64,000 nt of DNA from Candidatus Latescibacterota bacterium (GCA_965116875.1 OZ220733.1:5389093-5453092); one strand, 5' to 3'; positions 19,951-30,336 are shown, counted from the stretch's first letter. Program-made: numbers and translations. Notes: generated from the letters alone by a model not told the origin.

Positions 19951-20766
19951 CTACGATCCTGCGCTTTCGTAGCGGCGAAGCCCGGCGGCAAAGACGGCCA
20001 GCGCCAGGGCGAGCATGGCCACACCCACAACGGGCGTCCACAGTGCCACGTCGAGGGGCAGAGACGTGTTCGCGCTCTGGCCGAGGAAGTCGCAGGCGGG
20101 GTAGAACCCGATGAAGCCGAGGGGCAGCACAAAGGTCAATAGCGCCTGCAGGGGCCACGGGTACACGGTCAGTGGGTAGAACGTGCCTCGCGCCATCAGT
20201 TCCATGCTGGCGTCCACGAGGGGCTGACTTCGCATCGTCCAGAACGCGATGGAGCTGATGAGGGTGAGATAGGACCAGTAGATCAGGGACCCGCCAGCGA
20301 TGACGAGGAGTACCTCGGTGACGTGCAGCGGCGTCCAGCCGAAGCCGCACAGCCGGGCCCCGTAAAGGAAGTAGCCTGCACCGATGCCCAGATGCACGAG
20401 GCCGACCACGTTGATTCGGTGGCAGGAAAAATGGAATGTGATCTCCAGCGGTCTGAGAAGCATCAGGTCGAACTCGCCGCGCGTGACAAACCGATCGATC
20501 TGCCGCGACTGAAATGACAGGATGGACATAACGCCGCGGCTCATCAGGCTCAGCCCGTACAGAAACGCAAGCTGTGGAAAGGTCCATCCCGACAGCGGCT
20601 GAAACCGTTCGACCAGCACGTTGAGGGCGACGCCAATCCAGATGTAGTTGAAGCCCAGTCCAAGGCAGATGCTCAGCAGCGAGAACGGATACTCCAGGGA
20701 CCGCTGCATCGACAAACGGCCGTACAGGGCGCCTACGGACAGGTGATGACGCAAGTCGGCGATCAT
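19951..20766 (-). CDS. ABC-2 family permease (ABC2_membrane_6-like)
   Basis: GEFDLMLLRP, YPLTVYP, LPLGFIGFYP, RYESAGS; start at MIADLR. Confidence 0.9.
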   Translation of the reverse strand: MIADLRHHLSVGALYGRLSMQRSLEYPFSLLSICLGLGFNYIWIGVALNVLVERFQPLSGWTFPQLAFLYGLSLMSRGVMSILSFQSRQIDRFVTRGEFDLMLLRPLEITFHFSCHRINVVGLVHLGIGAGYFLYGARLCGFGWTPLHVTEVLLVIAGGSLIYWSYLTLISSIAFWTMRSQPLVDASMELMARGTFYPLTVYPWPLQALLTFVLPLGFIGFYPACDFLGQSANTSLPLDVALWTPVVGVAMLALALAVFAAGLRRYESAGS

Positions 20767-20774
20767 GGGCTTAC

Positions 20775-21566
20775 CTATCCTCCCTGCACGAAGACCCGCC
20801 GCTGGGCGCGCTTCCAGACAAGACCTGTGAGTACGGCAAAGACGACGACCCAGAGCGCCTGCACGGAGAGCACGTGGACGACCTCCGTGGCAGAGACGCG
20901 GCCGATGTAGATCTCCAGCGGCGCCTGGAACATGTACTGGAAGGGCAGCCACCGCGATGCATCGGCGATGAAATCGGGAAAAAGCCACATGGGCACCAAT
21001 CGTCCCGAAAGGGCGAAAACGAGGCTGGTTTTCACCGTACTCACGTCCCCAAAGTCGGTGACCCAGAAGGCCGTCATGCCCACCAGGACGCTCAGCAGCC
21101 ACAGCAGCAGAAAGCTCAGCGCACAGCTCGGCAGGAACAGCAGCCACGCGCCCACGCCCGCCGGCAGCGGCGGAGCCACAAAGAGGAGCGAGATGGCCAG
21201 CAGGGGCAGGGCGAACTGCGTGACTGCCGCCAGCGAACGCCCCACGTCTTCGGTCATCCAGTACCAGACGAGGTTCACCGGCCGGATCAGATCGAGTGCG
21301 ATCTCGCCCGCGCGGATCTTGCTAAAGAGCAGGTCGTCGATGCTGACGGTAAAGCAAGCATTCATCAGCACGGCGACGACGGCGTAGGTGACCATCTGCG
21401 CTTCGTTGACCCCGGCGACCTGGTCGATCCCGCGATACGCGGTGCGCCAGAGGAAGACGGAGCCGAGGAGGAAGAACAGGTTCCGCCCGATTGACGACAG
21501 ATACTCGAAGCGGTAGGCCAGCGCGTTGAGCAGCTGGAGCTTCAGCAAGTAAGGGTACAGGTGCAT
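20775..21566 (-). CDS. ABC-2 family permease
   Basis: LAYRF, GEIALDLIRP, LSGRLVP..LFP, VQGG C-terminus. Confidence 0.9.
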   Translation of the reverse strand: MHLYPYLLKLQLLNALAYRFEYLSSIGRNLFFLLGSVFLWRTAYRGIDQVAGVNEAQMVTYAVVAVLMNACFTVSIDDLLFSKIRAGEIALDLIRPVNLVWYWMTEDVGRSLAAVTQFALPLLAISLLFVAPPLPAGVGAWLLFLPSCALSFLLLWLLSVLVGMTAFWVTDFGDVSTVKTSLVFALSGRLVPMWLFPDFIADASRWLPFQYMFQAPLEIYIGRVSATEVVHVLSVQALWVVVFAVLTGLVWKRAQRRVFVQGG

Positions 21567-21676
21567 GGATGACTGGATCCGGCTTGATGCGGAAGGAACC
21601 GAACGCGCATCGGTTCACCGGCCTGTTTATTACCCGTGGTACAGAATGAGAAAAGCACACGCCTTCGGTGTATTGC

Positions 21677-22573
21677 TTAATCCGGCGCTTGCGCAAAAGA
21701 CGCGACGGATGACGTGACCGCGTGGCCTCCCACCCGCCTGCGCTTCTCAAGACGATTTTGAAGTTCGTCGAACTCCCAGTTCCCGCTCTCGGCCTCTTCA
21801 CGCCACTTCATGTTGTAGGTCTCTCGCTTGCAAACGTCCAGGTTCTTCGGGGCCAGCGTGAGCCACGTCTTCCCTGAGGAAACGCTTCCGAAACCGTTGA
21901 AGCAGGGGGAGTGCAGGTAAAGCAGGTTCTTTGCCATGTACGTCAGATACTCTTCCGAGCAGTACCTTTCTCCATTGTAGCTTAGTTCGTCGTTACAGAG
22001 AATCGTCTTGTGTCGGCAAAGTCGGTCCCTGGTCTCCCATGGATTCAGGATCACTCCTTCCGAGTCATACAGATACGCATTGTACGTAGGATCAACCATT
22101 ATCCACTTCAAGCGAGAAGTACACCATACCGCCGTAACCAGATGATTGTCATAGTCGTATGGGTTCAATGGATTCAGAGACACGATTCGGCTCGGCATTC
22201 CCAGAGACATGCAGGCCTCCGTCAATACGATAGACAACATGTAACAGTTGATACCATAGTCCTCACCTTTGCAGAAAGAATATTTGAGAAGACCCAACGC
22301 GTTCATGGGCAGGGATTCGCAGACTTCGGGCAGCGCTTTGGTGATGTCGCCTCTGTGGCATACGCCTTCTGACATCCACTGCATCAGGTTCAGGACCCTG
22401 GACCATCCGTCTCCATTGCCTGCAACCTGATCCAGTCGATATGTTTCGCGCAGACGATCGAGTTCAGGATGTGACAGTTCATATTGGAAGTCCGGCGCCG
22501 ACTCATCCGGTATCGAATCAAGCTCGTCAAACATGCGCAAGAGCCCGCAGTACAGCCTGAACCGGGTATTCAT
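21677..22573 (-). CDS. Transglutaminase-like domain protein
   Basis: GINC, DNHLV, WIMVDPT catalytic-triad motifs. Confidence 0.85.
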   Translation of the reverse strand: MNTRFRLYCGLLRMFDELDSIPDESAPDFQYELSHPELDRLRETYRLDQVAGNGDGWSRVLNLMQWMSEGVCHRGDITKALPEVCESLPMNALGLLKYSFCKGEDYGINCYMLSIVLTEACMSLGMPSRIVSLNPLNPYDYDNHLVTAVWCTSRLKWIMVDPTYNAYLYDSEGVILNPWETRDRLCRHKTILCNDELSYNGERYCSEEYLTYMAKNLLYLHSPCFNGFGSVSSGKTWLTLAPKNLDVCKRETYNMKWREEAESGNWEFDELQNRLEKRRRVGGHAVTSSVASFAQAPD

Positions 22574-22588
22574 CGTACCTTCCGCGAA

Positions 22589-22626
22589 TTATGACGTTTG
22601 AGTGCCACCGGACTGCCAGGCACGAA
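22589..22626 (-). repeat. attC-like remnant (subfamily B)
   Basis: ttatgacgtttgagtgcc...ggcacg, 16 nt before the next ATG; matches the left end of the 7890 copy. Confidence 0.4.
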
Positions 22627-22916
22627 GCCCAGTACTTCCGGGCTCGCAACCTTCTCGAACTGCACCCCCACAATTGGTCTGGCCGAATCTGTCACCAGAT
22701 GCTTCAATACGGCGGGACTATTGTGCACGTGCGATAAATCGACCTTGTTTCCCCGAACCCTGCGATCGTTATTGCCCTTGTAGTAGCTCCAATCAATCGG
22801 TCGCACCGTTTCTCGGCAGGAAGCTACAGGTTCTGCGCCCGACTCTGATTCTCTGGAATGTGCTGGTCGAGATTCCGGTTTTGAGCCGTTTGCGTGGAAC
22901 TGAGGTTGCGCATCAC

Positions 22917-23495
22917 TCAAATTTCCCAGTTCGACACATATGACCGGCTCTGGAGCCGTTCCGCAAGTTCAATCAACACCGAAAGTGACTTATTCAACCT
23001 GGCCGTCGTCGCGTCGTCGAGTTCGTTTCCCTCACCCCAATTATCGCCGTGTGCATAGACATTGTACGGGCTGACAATGCACTTGAAATCCAGCATCAGG
23101 GACGTTGCGAGAGAAGCAAACGCCATATAGCTGTGCGGCAAGCTGGCCGAATTGACAAACATCACGACCTTGTCATAGAAAGCGCCTTTGAGCGATCCGC
23201 CTGGTGGCGTAGAGCCCATATATTCGACGAATTTTTTGAGCTCCGCGCAGCACGCCCAGTTGTATACCGGACTGGCCAATATGACCGCATCAGCTATCGC
23301 AATTCTTCTATGGCACGATTGGTAAACCTCGGAATTGTAGATCTCGTCGTCGTCGAAATTCGGCGGATCGAGTTGTCGAAGATCGATGAAGTCAACAGAA
23401 TGCCCCCTGTCCTCCAGGGCGGCACGGCACATGGCGGCAAGCACCCTGCTGCGACTGCGGGCGTCCAGACTGCTGCTGACGACTGAGATTCTCAT
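22917..23495 (-). CDS. NADPH-dependent FMN reductase
   Basis: SSSL..RSRS, ASPVYNW, LKKFVE; start at MRISVV. Confidence 0.88.
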   Translation of the reverse strand: MRISVVSSSLDARSRSRVLAAMCRAALEDRGHSVDFIDLRQLDPPNFDDDEIYNSEVYQSCHRRIAIADAVILASPVYNWACCAELKKFVEYMGSTPPGGSLKGAFYDKVVMFVNSASLPHSYMAFASLATSLMLDFKCIVSPYNVYAHGDNWGEGNELDDATTARLNKSLSVLIELAERLQSRSYVSNWEI

Positions 23496-23532
23496 TTGAG
23501 GCTTCTTTCTTGATTGTTCGTCTTCACATTGC

Positions 23533-23672
23533 CCGCAACGTCGTGGCCTCTTCCGAACCCACCTGGCGCAGCGAGGGTTGATTGCCGTAGGAAGGGTGAG
23601 CGAGCGCGACAGGAGCGCCGGCGGACCTGCCATTCGGAGCGTTTTTCTACCTGAGCCAGACTCCTGGTGGGC
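23533..23672 (-). repeat. Possible degenerate attC-like site
   Basis: ccgcaacgtcgtggcctcttccgaaccc...gggttg; right boundary uncertain. Confidence 0.35.
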
Positions 23673-23683
23673 AGATCTCTTCT

Positions 23684-24475
23684 TTATGCAAAGGCCAGAT
23701 TGTACAGCCTCGCGGCTTGTTCGAAAGCCAGCCTCACGAATTCTTTTCTCTCCTTCACCCTCGAATGTTCTGTCAGAACCTCAAGTGTTACTGGCCCACC
23801 GTAGTCGGTATTGCGGATAAACCCGCACAGATTCTCCCAGTCAATGAACCCCTCGCCGGGAATGACATGGTCAACATACTCCCGGACCCGATCTGACAGG
23901 TGAAGCGCCAGAAGCCGATCTGACATATTCTCAAGCAACGTGAAGGGCTTGGGACCTCCAATTTGATCATGTGAAGAATCATAGCAAAACCCGAAAATAT
24001 CACCAGGTAGATTGTCGAGAGCGAGTCGAACAAGATCCGTGGCGGGTCCGGGATGCACGTTCTCCAGTGCCAATTTAACTCCAATATCTCGAAGGATTGA
24101 AGTCAGAGCCTCGCAGGTGTCGAGAGACGCCTCCAGGTGTTCGTGGATATCCCCGGGATCGAGGTCGAATGGACCGGCGTGCACAACGACGATTGGTACT
24201 TCGAGAAAGGCCGCGGCTTCAACCGTGGCGGCAAGGGTCGAATCCGCTTGCGGAAGGTGAAGTGGTTTGCCGTGAATTGTATCCATATGCAGGTTGCAGT
24301 CAAGAAGGAGGTTCCGCAAACCGGATCTCCTTGCGTCTCCCAGGTAGCTGGAGTGCGATTCCTGTGCCCCAAGCGAAATATGCGTGAATCCAGCCTCAGC
24401 GATCAAGGGAAGCAAATCCTCAAGTGGGCAGTCATATGCAAAGGAGGTAGCTATGGACGTCTTTGGTCGGTTCAT
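23684..24475 (-). CDS. Sugar phosphate isomerase/epimerase (AP endonuclease 2 TIM barrel)
   Basis: LALEN, CYDSSH, LHLSD, HVIPGEG.IDW, LEV. Confidence 0.88.
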   Translation of the reverse strand: MNRPKTSIATSFAYDCPLEDLLPLIAEAGFTHISLGAQESHSSYLGDARRSGLRNLLLDCNLHMDTIHGKPLHLPQADSTLAATVEAAAFLEVPIVVVHAGPFDLDPGDIHEHLEASLDTCEALTSILRDIGVKLALENVHPGPATDLVRLALDNLPGDIFGFCYDSSHDQIGGPKPFTLLENMSDRLLALHLSDRVREYVDHVIPGEGFIDWENLCGFIRNTDYGGPVTLEVLTEHSRVKERKEFVRLAFEQAARLYNLAFA

Positions 24476-24573
24476 GTGTCCTCTCTACACGCTGTCTCCG
24501 TTCTACATTCCGGCAGCATTTGAAACTTCCCTCTTGATCGGCCCGCCTTGATCGGTCGGGTACGCCGTGCAGA

Positions 24574-24604
24574 ATCCCCACTGGAGAGCCTGTCCAGTGG
24601 GGAT
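24574..24604. terminator. Stem-loop, possible terminator
   Basis: 12-bp perfect stem ATCCCCACTGGA/TCCAGTGGGGAT downstream of the cyclodeaminase gene; weak U-tract. Confidence 0.45.
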
Positions 24605-24748
24605 CTTATGTGGTATCGGTCTTCTCAGAAGACCAGCATCACGGGGCAGCCCGATGGTGATCGATTCAGTATCTACCGATTCGTCGGTTCCGGTGCATAC
24701 AATCGTCAGCGGACGATCTCTCCTGGTAATCGCAACTGGACGCATTCG

Positions 24749-25807
24749 TCACAGTCGTACCCAATCTTTCAGGTCTGCATGCTCGAATATCATCTCGCGC
24801 TGTAGTTGCAGATTCTGTCCCACGCCCGCTTCGAGGGCTCTCTCATACATGGCAATGGCGATCCCAACGTCAACGTAGGCCAGACCCACCGCGTTGAAAT
24901 AGATTCTCTCGTCGTCGTTTTCCCGTCCCGGCCTGGCACCTCGCACCAAATCCACGAGATTCGCATACAGGTCGTCATCCGTCAGCAGACCTTCCTTGTA
25001 CATTCGACTCAGCGTCTGTGTTCTATGTTTCACGGTCTCCCAGTCATCGCAAACGATCTTGTCGCACTGTTTCGCCACGTTGTATTCATCTTCCCAGCCG
25101 CCAATATGACTGTAGAAAGCACCGGGTTTCATCCAATCCGCCTTGAGCAGCGGCGCCTGTGCACTTGTTGCCGTGACAATGATGTCCGCTCCGTCAACGG
25201 CGCGTTCGAGGTCTGAATTCGCGATCGTAAAATCCATGCCGGGAATGATCGCAGACATTTCCTTTGTGAACTGTTCTTCTTCAGCAACCAGTTTGGCGGC
25301 CACCCGACATGTCGTCAGGGACGGTATGGCAGCCTTCATCGCGATCAGATGCATCTTTGCCTGTTCACCGGCGCCGATGAATCCGATCGATGCTGCGTCC
25401 TGACGCGCCAGATATTTGGCGGCGAGTGCGCCAATGCTTCCAACCCGAATATTGGAACACAGCGTGCCTTCCATGAACGCGATCGGAAACCCATGGACAA
25501 TCTCCGACAGGATGATCACTGCCGAGAGATTCTGAATCCCATGTTTGACCGGGTTCGGTGGAAAGACCGAAACCCACTTCATGCCGCAAATCCCCTTACC
25601 CCGGAACGTCGCCGGCAGGCAGTTGATTCTCTCCTGGGTTTCATCGTTGAAGATCTGCACGATCTTGTCAGGAAACAGTACGTCTCCTTTATCAAAGGCA
25701 CGAATTGCTGATTCGGCAGCGTCCATCGCCATCCGGATATCCAGGCATCCGGCGGCAAGGAGGTCTTCCTGCGAAAAGAAATGACAATGAATGTCATGTC
25801 GAGGCAT
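24749..25807 (-). CDS. Ornithine cyclodeaminase/mu-crystallin family protein
   Basis: GMKWVSVFPPN, IGAGEQA, IIVTAT, FNAVGLAYVDV. Confidence 0.9.
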   Translation of the reverse strand: MPRHDIHCHFFSQEDLLAAGCLDIRMAMDAAESAIRAFDKGDVLFPDKIVQIFNDETQERINCLPATFRGKGICGMKWVSVFPPNPVKHGIQNLSAVIILSEIVHGFPIAFMEGTLCSNIRVGSIGALAAKYLARQDAASIGFIGAGEQAKMHLIAMKAAIPSLTTCRVAAKLVAEEEQFTKEMSAIIPGMDFTIANSDLERAVDGADIIVTATSAQAPLLKADWMKPGAFYSHIGGWEDEYNVAKQCDKIVCDDWETVKHRTQTLSRMYKEGLLTDDDLYANLVDLVRGARPGRENDDERIYFNAVGLAYVDVGIAIAMYERALEAGVGQNLQLQREMIFEHADLKDWVRL

Positions 25808-26124
25808 CGGTGATCCTTCCTCACGTAATTGGAAGTGGCCGATTGTTTTCTCGCATGCAATCGGACCGGCGGTTTGGGCAACGTATTGGAATTGCGCTAT
25901 TGCCAGCTATCGATTTAATATACAGACCGATAGAGGAATCACAAACGACGATCCGATTCTCCATATCCGATCTGCCGGGAGCCGAGCGATTGCCCCGATG
26001 CCGCCGGCGCGCGTGCTTTGCGTACCACCGCCCTTGAAGCATCCATTCTGCGTTGCGGTGCGGTATCGACGTCACCGAATCCTGTTGGCTCCCGCCGATG
26101 ACCCGACCGGGCGCCCTGACCGGC

Positions 26125-26580
26125 TCACGTAACGTCTCCCAGATATACCGTCGATGATCCGGGTCCAGCTTCAAGATGACGAATCAATGCTTTGGGGTAG
26201 AACCTCAACTCTTTGAGTTCACGAACGCGCATCCATTTCACCCCAACCTGCATCGTATCCCCATCCGGCGCCTGGGACGGATCATATTCTTCGGCAACCG
26301 AACATCGGAAGATGAAATCGACGAGATGGCCTCCCTTTGACCAGGAATCAGGATAATTATCTGTAATGTATTCGCGAACGTACTCCAAATCTTCAACTTC
26401 GACGTCCGCCCCGATTTCTTCCCTGCACTCCCGCTTGAGCGCATCCAGGAGTGTCTCCTTTCACGGTTCCATACCCCCTCCCGGCAGAATGTACCACAGA
26501 CCCTTGTCATCCGTATTCTCTGTAACGAGAATTTTGTCTTCTTTCCGGATCAGAGCCTTTGCCGCATTGCGCAAGCCCAT
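26125..26580 (-). pseudogene. Nudix hydrolase with premature in-frame TGA
   Basis: MGLRNAAKALI...LPGGGMEP*KETLLDALKRECREEIG; TGA at 26461-26463 inside the Nudix box. Confidence 0.85.
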
Positions 26581-26657
26581 ATCAATGTTATCTCCCGGAA
26601 ACAGATTCATATAATCGTTCGGTTTTGAAGAGAGCAGATTCCTTACGACACGTTCGT

Positions 26658-26728
26658 GTTATCGTCGTTACGCCTTTCGAACTCGCCAAACGAGTCGCGG
26701 ATGGCCAGGGCGGCTTAGCCGCCAGTCA
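26658..26728 (-). repeat. Degenerate attC-like site, subfamily A
   Basis: tcgaactcgcc..cgagtcgcggatggccagggcggc..gccgccag resembles the core GCGAACCCG..GGTTGCCGAAGGCCAGG.CGGC. Confidence 0.45.
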
Positions 26729-28240
26729 GCCTTGATTGTCATTTACGAGATTGTCCCTAGAATCCGAATTGTGCCTTCCAACAGAAACTCCCCGTGTTCG
26801 TCCTTCCTTTCTTGCCGCCAGGTATTCGGCGATTTCCATATGTCCCGCGTGCCGTGCCCAGTCTTCCGGCGTGGCATTGTGTCGATGATCTCTGATGGTC
26901 ACGTCGATCCCTTTGCGAACGAGATACGCCACCTGTTCCACGCGGCCGGCGAAGGCGCATTCGTGCAGGATGCTGGCCGGCTCGTGGGTACTCCATCTCG
27001 TGTTGATATTCGCGCCGTGATCCAAGAGATAGTCCGCGATCTCGTAATTCCCGTTCTGCACCGCCCATGCCAACGCCCTGTCGACGATCTCCTGAACGCT
27101 GGTCAATGGTGATTCCCCGGGTGGGCAGACATATATTGATGGATCGCCCAACCGCGGGAAGCCGTTGGCAAACCTCTTTTCGACCACTTCCATGTCGCCC
27201 AGACCGGCAGCGTGGGGCAAATCGTCAGGCACGGGCCAGATCTGCGAAAGGGCCGGAACATAGTCGGCATTCCCGTATTCGAGAGCATAGAGGATGGCAC
27301 GAGACGCCGGCGGATCATCCACCGTGGTGATGGCCGCGCCGCTGTTGATCACGGCTTCGATCACCGGCAGTTTTCCCTGGGAGCAGGCCGCGACAGCAAG
27401 CAGCATTTCCTGGGTCTCGAGATAGCGGGGGCCCTTGAGAAAGGGTTCGGTTGCGAGCAGATCTCGGATGGAGTCCGCGTCTCCCTCGTCCAAAGCAGCC
27501 AGCAGGCGCAATTCCACGGCTCGACGCCAGATCAGGCCGGGTTCGTCGTCCGCCTCCCGATACATGCACGCCTTTCTTCCCCCCTCCGGCCGTTTCTCCA
27601 GCAGGTAATCGACAAAGCCAGCATTTCCATGCGATGCCTCTACCCTCGCACGGAGATCATCGTCGAGCTGAAGACAACGATCCATCAGGAAATGGGCGAC
27701 GTTGCGATGACCCAGCCGGCAGGCATAGAGAAACGCATCTGTAACGACCAGCCGGTCATCCGCGGGATCGGGCCAATCGGTCTCAGCGCCGTTGTACCCG
27801 GTACGCAGTACCGGTTCCGGGCGTCCGATGTCTTTCAGGCCACCTGCAGGGTCGAAACATCCCCGCACAGGATCGAGATCGCCCCTCGCGGTCAACGTAC
27901 GCAGATTTTCCGGTAGTACGCCCTTTTCGTCAAACAGCGCCAGCATGCCGTGAGCGCCGGTGTCGATTGCCCTCAAGTAGACCCGGGGATCCATAGCCGC
28001 GCCAGCGTCGAGCAGCAGGCGGGCACATTCGGGCCGGTTGTAGACGCCTTCGTTCTCGGCGCCGGGAAAGTTAGCATAGGAGATGGTGGCGTAGAGCAGG
28101 ACGGGACACTCGCCATCCGGATAGCACCGCGTAAGCAGACCCGGATGCTCCGAAACGAGGCTGTCCAGGCGAGCGGTATCGTTGTCGTGGATGGCCTTCT
28201 CGGCTGCTTCTACCGCCCACTTCAACTCTGGGTCTGACAT
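26726..28240 (-). CDS. Ankyrin repeat protein
   Basis: ARLLLDAGA, ALAWAVQNG..EIADYLLDHGANIN, LHECAFAG. Confidence 0.88.
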   Translation of the reverse strand: MSDPELKWAVEAAEKAIHDNDTARLDSLVSEHPGLLTRCYPDGECPVLLYATISYANFPGAENEGVYNRPECARLLLDAGAAMDPRVYLRAIDTGAHGMLALFDEKGVLPENLRTLTARGDLDPVRGCFDPAGGLKDIGRPEPVLRTGYNGAETDWPDPADDRLVVTDAFLYACRLGHRNVAHFLMDRCLQLDDDLRARVEASHGNAGFVDYLLEKRPEGGRKACMYREADDEPGLIWRRAVELRLLAALDEGDADSIRDLLATEPFLKGPRYLETQEMLLAVAACSQGKLPVIEAVINSGAAITTVDDPPASRAILYALEYGNADYVPALSQIWPVPDDLPHAAGLGDMEVVEKRFANGFPRLGDPSIYVCPPGESPLTSVQEIVDRALAWAVQNGNYEIADYLLDHGANINTRWSTHEPASILHECAFAGRVEQVAYLVRKGIDVTIRDHRHNATPEDWARHAGHMEIAEYLAARKEGRTRGVSVGRHNSDSRDNLVNDNQG

Positions 28241-28254
28241 CGGACTTCAGCCTC

Positions 28255-29205
28255 CTACATGAGATAGCGTAGCGCATCCTTCGCCCGCTGCAGCCTGGTC
28301 GTATCATCAACCAGACAAGTCAACCTGTAGAAACCATAGAGCGTTTTAATCCGGTGAGTCAGCCTTGCGCGATCCCTCCTCAGGGCGTCGGATTCCCAAT
28401 AGACGGGGGTGCAGGGATCTTCTTCAGCCGGCGCTTCAGTCCCCAGTTCGTCCTCGACATTCGGCAGGGATCTCCACAGGCGAACATGACGATGGTGGGC
28501 CTCAAGTCCTTTCTGTGCCAGGTCGACGTGGCCACACTCAGACAGATCGATCAGCGACGCGGCATGGTTGATAACGTGCCACAATCCCCCGAATCCCTGT
28601 CTCCGTTCCGCAGCTGTCTCAATGAACTCGTCCAACACGGCTTCGATCATGTCCTCCAGATTGGAATACGGTGGAAAATCCGGATCTTCCGGCAACACGA
28701 TCGTGTCTCCGTCGATTCGACCTTTTTCCCTCCCGTAGTAGCCGCTGCCAGCTGATGCGTGGTCAAATTCCCCGATCAATCTGCATATGCCATCGATGAC
28801 AGACGCTGTTGCGTGCCGGGGGTACTTCTGGAGCGCCCGAATGGACAGAGAGGCGAAAATCACGTTGTGACCCGAGGAGCGTGTTCGTCCGATGTTCCTG
28901 GATAGGACCCGGGCAATACGGTCAATCTGGTCTACCTGAATGGCTTCGTCCGGATACGGCACAAACAGTTCCGACGTTGCAATGGGTCCACCTTCGCCCG
29001 GGTCAAATACCGACTCTCCATTCAGGACACGGTCCAGTTCTTTCTCTATGCCAACATGAACCTTCCTGTCCAGTTCACGGTGTTCCTCACTGAAGAGATA
29101 GCCAGCGACAAGGGTAGCGCCCAAATGTCCCGTCATGGTACCCACAAGGTGCGCTCGGCTTAGACCCAGCAGGCCCTTTTTCAGGTATTCCTGTCCAACC
29201 GTCAT
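28255..29205 (-). CDS. Conserved hypothetical protein (His-containing motifs GHLGA, SGHNVIF, HVINH, HRIK)
   Basis: Long protein-like ORF; RBS GGAG before MTVGQE; function unknown. Confidence 0.7.
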   Translation of the reverse strand: MTVGQEYLKKGLLGLSRAHLVGTMTGHLGATLVAGYLFSEEHRELDRKVHVGIEKELDRVLNGESVFDPGEGGPIATSELFVPYPDEAIQVDQIDRIARVLSRNIGRTRSSGHNVIFASLSIRALQKYPRHATASVIDGICRLIGEFDHASAGSGYYGREKGRIDGDTIVLPEDPDFPPYSNLEDMIEAVLDEFIETAAERRQGFGGLWHVINHAASLIDLSECGHVDLAQKGLEAHHRHVRLWRSLPNVEDELGTEAPAEEDPCTPVYWESDALRRDRARLTHRIKTLYGFYRLTCLVDDTTRLQRAKDALRYLM

Positions 29206-29280
29206 AGTTCTTCTCCACGCCCTGACGGAGTCAGTCAGGCGACTTTCATATGCCTTTCTGTCGCACCGCAATTAAATCGG

Positions 29281-29394
29281 CGCCTGTTCCTCTCCGGATT
29301 GCGAACCCGCGAAGGTGGTTGCCGGAGGCCAGGACACCCTTCGGCGGGCTCAGGACAGGCTCCGCAGCGCTGCGCAAACGTGCTTTTGTTGGGA
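29281..29394 (-). repeat. attC-like site, subfamily A, with REP-like insertion at 29337-29359
   Basis: ccggattgcgaacccgcgaaggtggttgccggaggccaggaca[cccttcggcgggctcaggacagg]ctccgcagcgctgcgcaaacgtgcttttgttggga. Confidence 0.7.
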
Positions 29395-29403
29395 GTAGCT
29401 CGG

Positions 29404-30171
29404 TTAAGCATGCGCCGTCACGACCGGCTGAAAATATCCGGACTGTTCAGGCGTATGCCAGGCGATTCTCGTGAATCCGGCGGACTCCAGGGCCAGAGTG
29501 AGCTCCTTGCGCCGAATTGCCCGGTAGCGAGTCTTAAACTCCCGTACTTGCCATCCGTCCTGTGTCCGGGACATGATGAAAAGCCGAATCAAACAGGTAC
29601 CTGATTCCTTCGACCAATCCCAGACCTGAAACGTCATGACTTCGCGCTCCGATGCACCCTGAAGGTTGGCGCCCATAAACGACGGTTTTTCCGCGAGCAA
29701 CCGATCGTAATCGCGAATGCTCGCAATAAACAGCCCATTATCCGCCAGTGTGCGCCTGATGCTTCGGAGAGCGAGGGTCAAGTCTTCATCCGTCAAGAGA
29801 TGAGGCAGTGAGTTGTCACAGCTTATCACAACGTCGAATTTTCGGGTGAAGGCACATTCCACCTCTCGAACATCGGCAATGGCGAATTCAATCTTCAGTC
29901 CCCGGTCAACTGCTTCCGATTTCGCCCTGGCAATCGCCTTCGGGCTGAGATCGGACGCGAAGACTTTATATCCTCGCTGCGCCAGGCCAATCGCCTGAGT
30001 GCCGATTCCACATGAACAATCCAGGACCAGCGATGCATTTGCTGACGACTCACATTGAATCAACCGATCCAGTACATACGACTGCCGTTCGATTGCCGAT
30101 TCCCAATTTTCGTAGACGTGATGGTAATCAGCAGCGAGGTCATCGTAAAATCGTCTGACGTCTTCGCTCAA
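29404..30171 (-). CDS. Class I SAM-dependent methyltransferase (glycine/sarcosine N-methyltransferase-like)
   Basis: VLDCSCGIGTQ, FDVVISCDNSLPHL, SIRDYD. Confidence 0.9.
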   Translation of the reverse strand: MSEDVRRFYDDLAADYHHVYENWESAIERQSYVLDRLIQCESSANASLVLDCSCGIGTQAIGLAQRGYKVFASDLSPKAIARAKSEAVDRGLKIEFAIADVREVECAFTRKFDVVISCDNSLPHLLTDEDLTLALRSIRRTLADNGLFIASIRDYDRLLAEKPSFMGANLQGASEREVMTFQVWDWSKESGTCLIRLFIMSRTQDGWQVREFKTRYRAIRRKELTLALESAGFTRIAWHTPEQSGYFQPVVTAHA

Positions 30172-30336
30172 CGTTTGTAACTCTCTCGAATGAATCTGTT
30201 TCCGAAATCGTTCGCTCGGGCGGTGAACTTGCCACCTGCAAGTTCGATCGGGCTACGCAGATGCCGGACCTTTAGTGCGACGTATAGGCGGAAGTTGCTG
30301 CTGCAGGCGTATTTCGCTCGGCGATGAGGGAGCGGA

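Noticed and set aside
18442-20142. Long plus-strand ORFs (this one, 15748-16860, 48524-49591, 51352-52449 and others)
   Set aside because: Antisense shadows of well-supported minus-strand genes in GC-rich DNA, with no motifs of their own.
22570-22920. 116-aa hypothetical ORF
   Set aside because: No motifs and it runs through an attC-like remnant; probably a decayed fragment.
25821-26120. Small ORF starting MENRIVVCDSSIG, faintly racemase-like
   Set aside because: Too short and degenerate to support.
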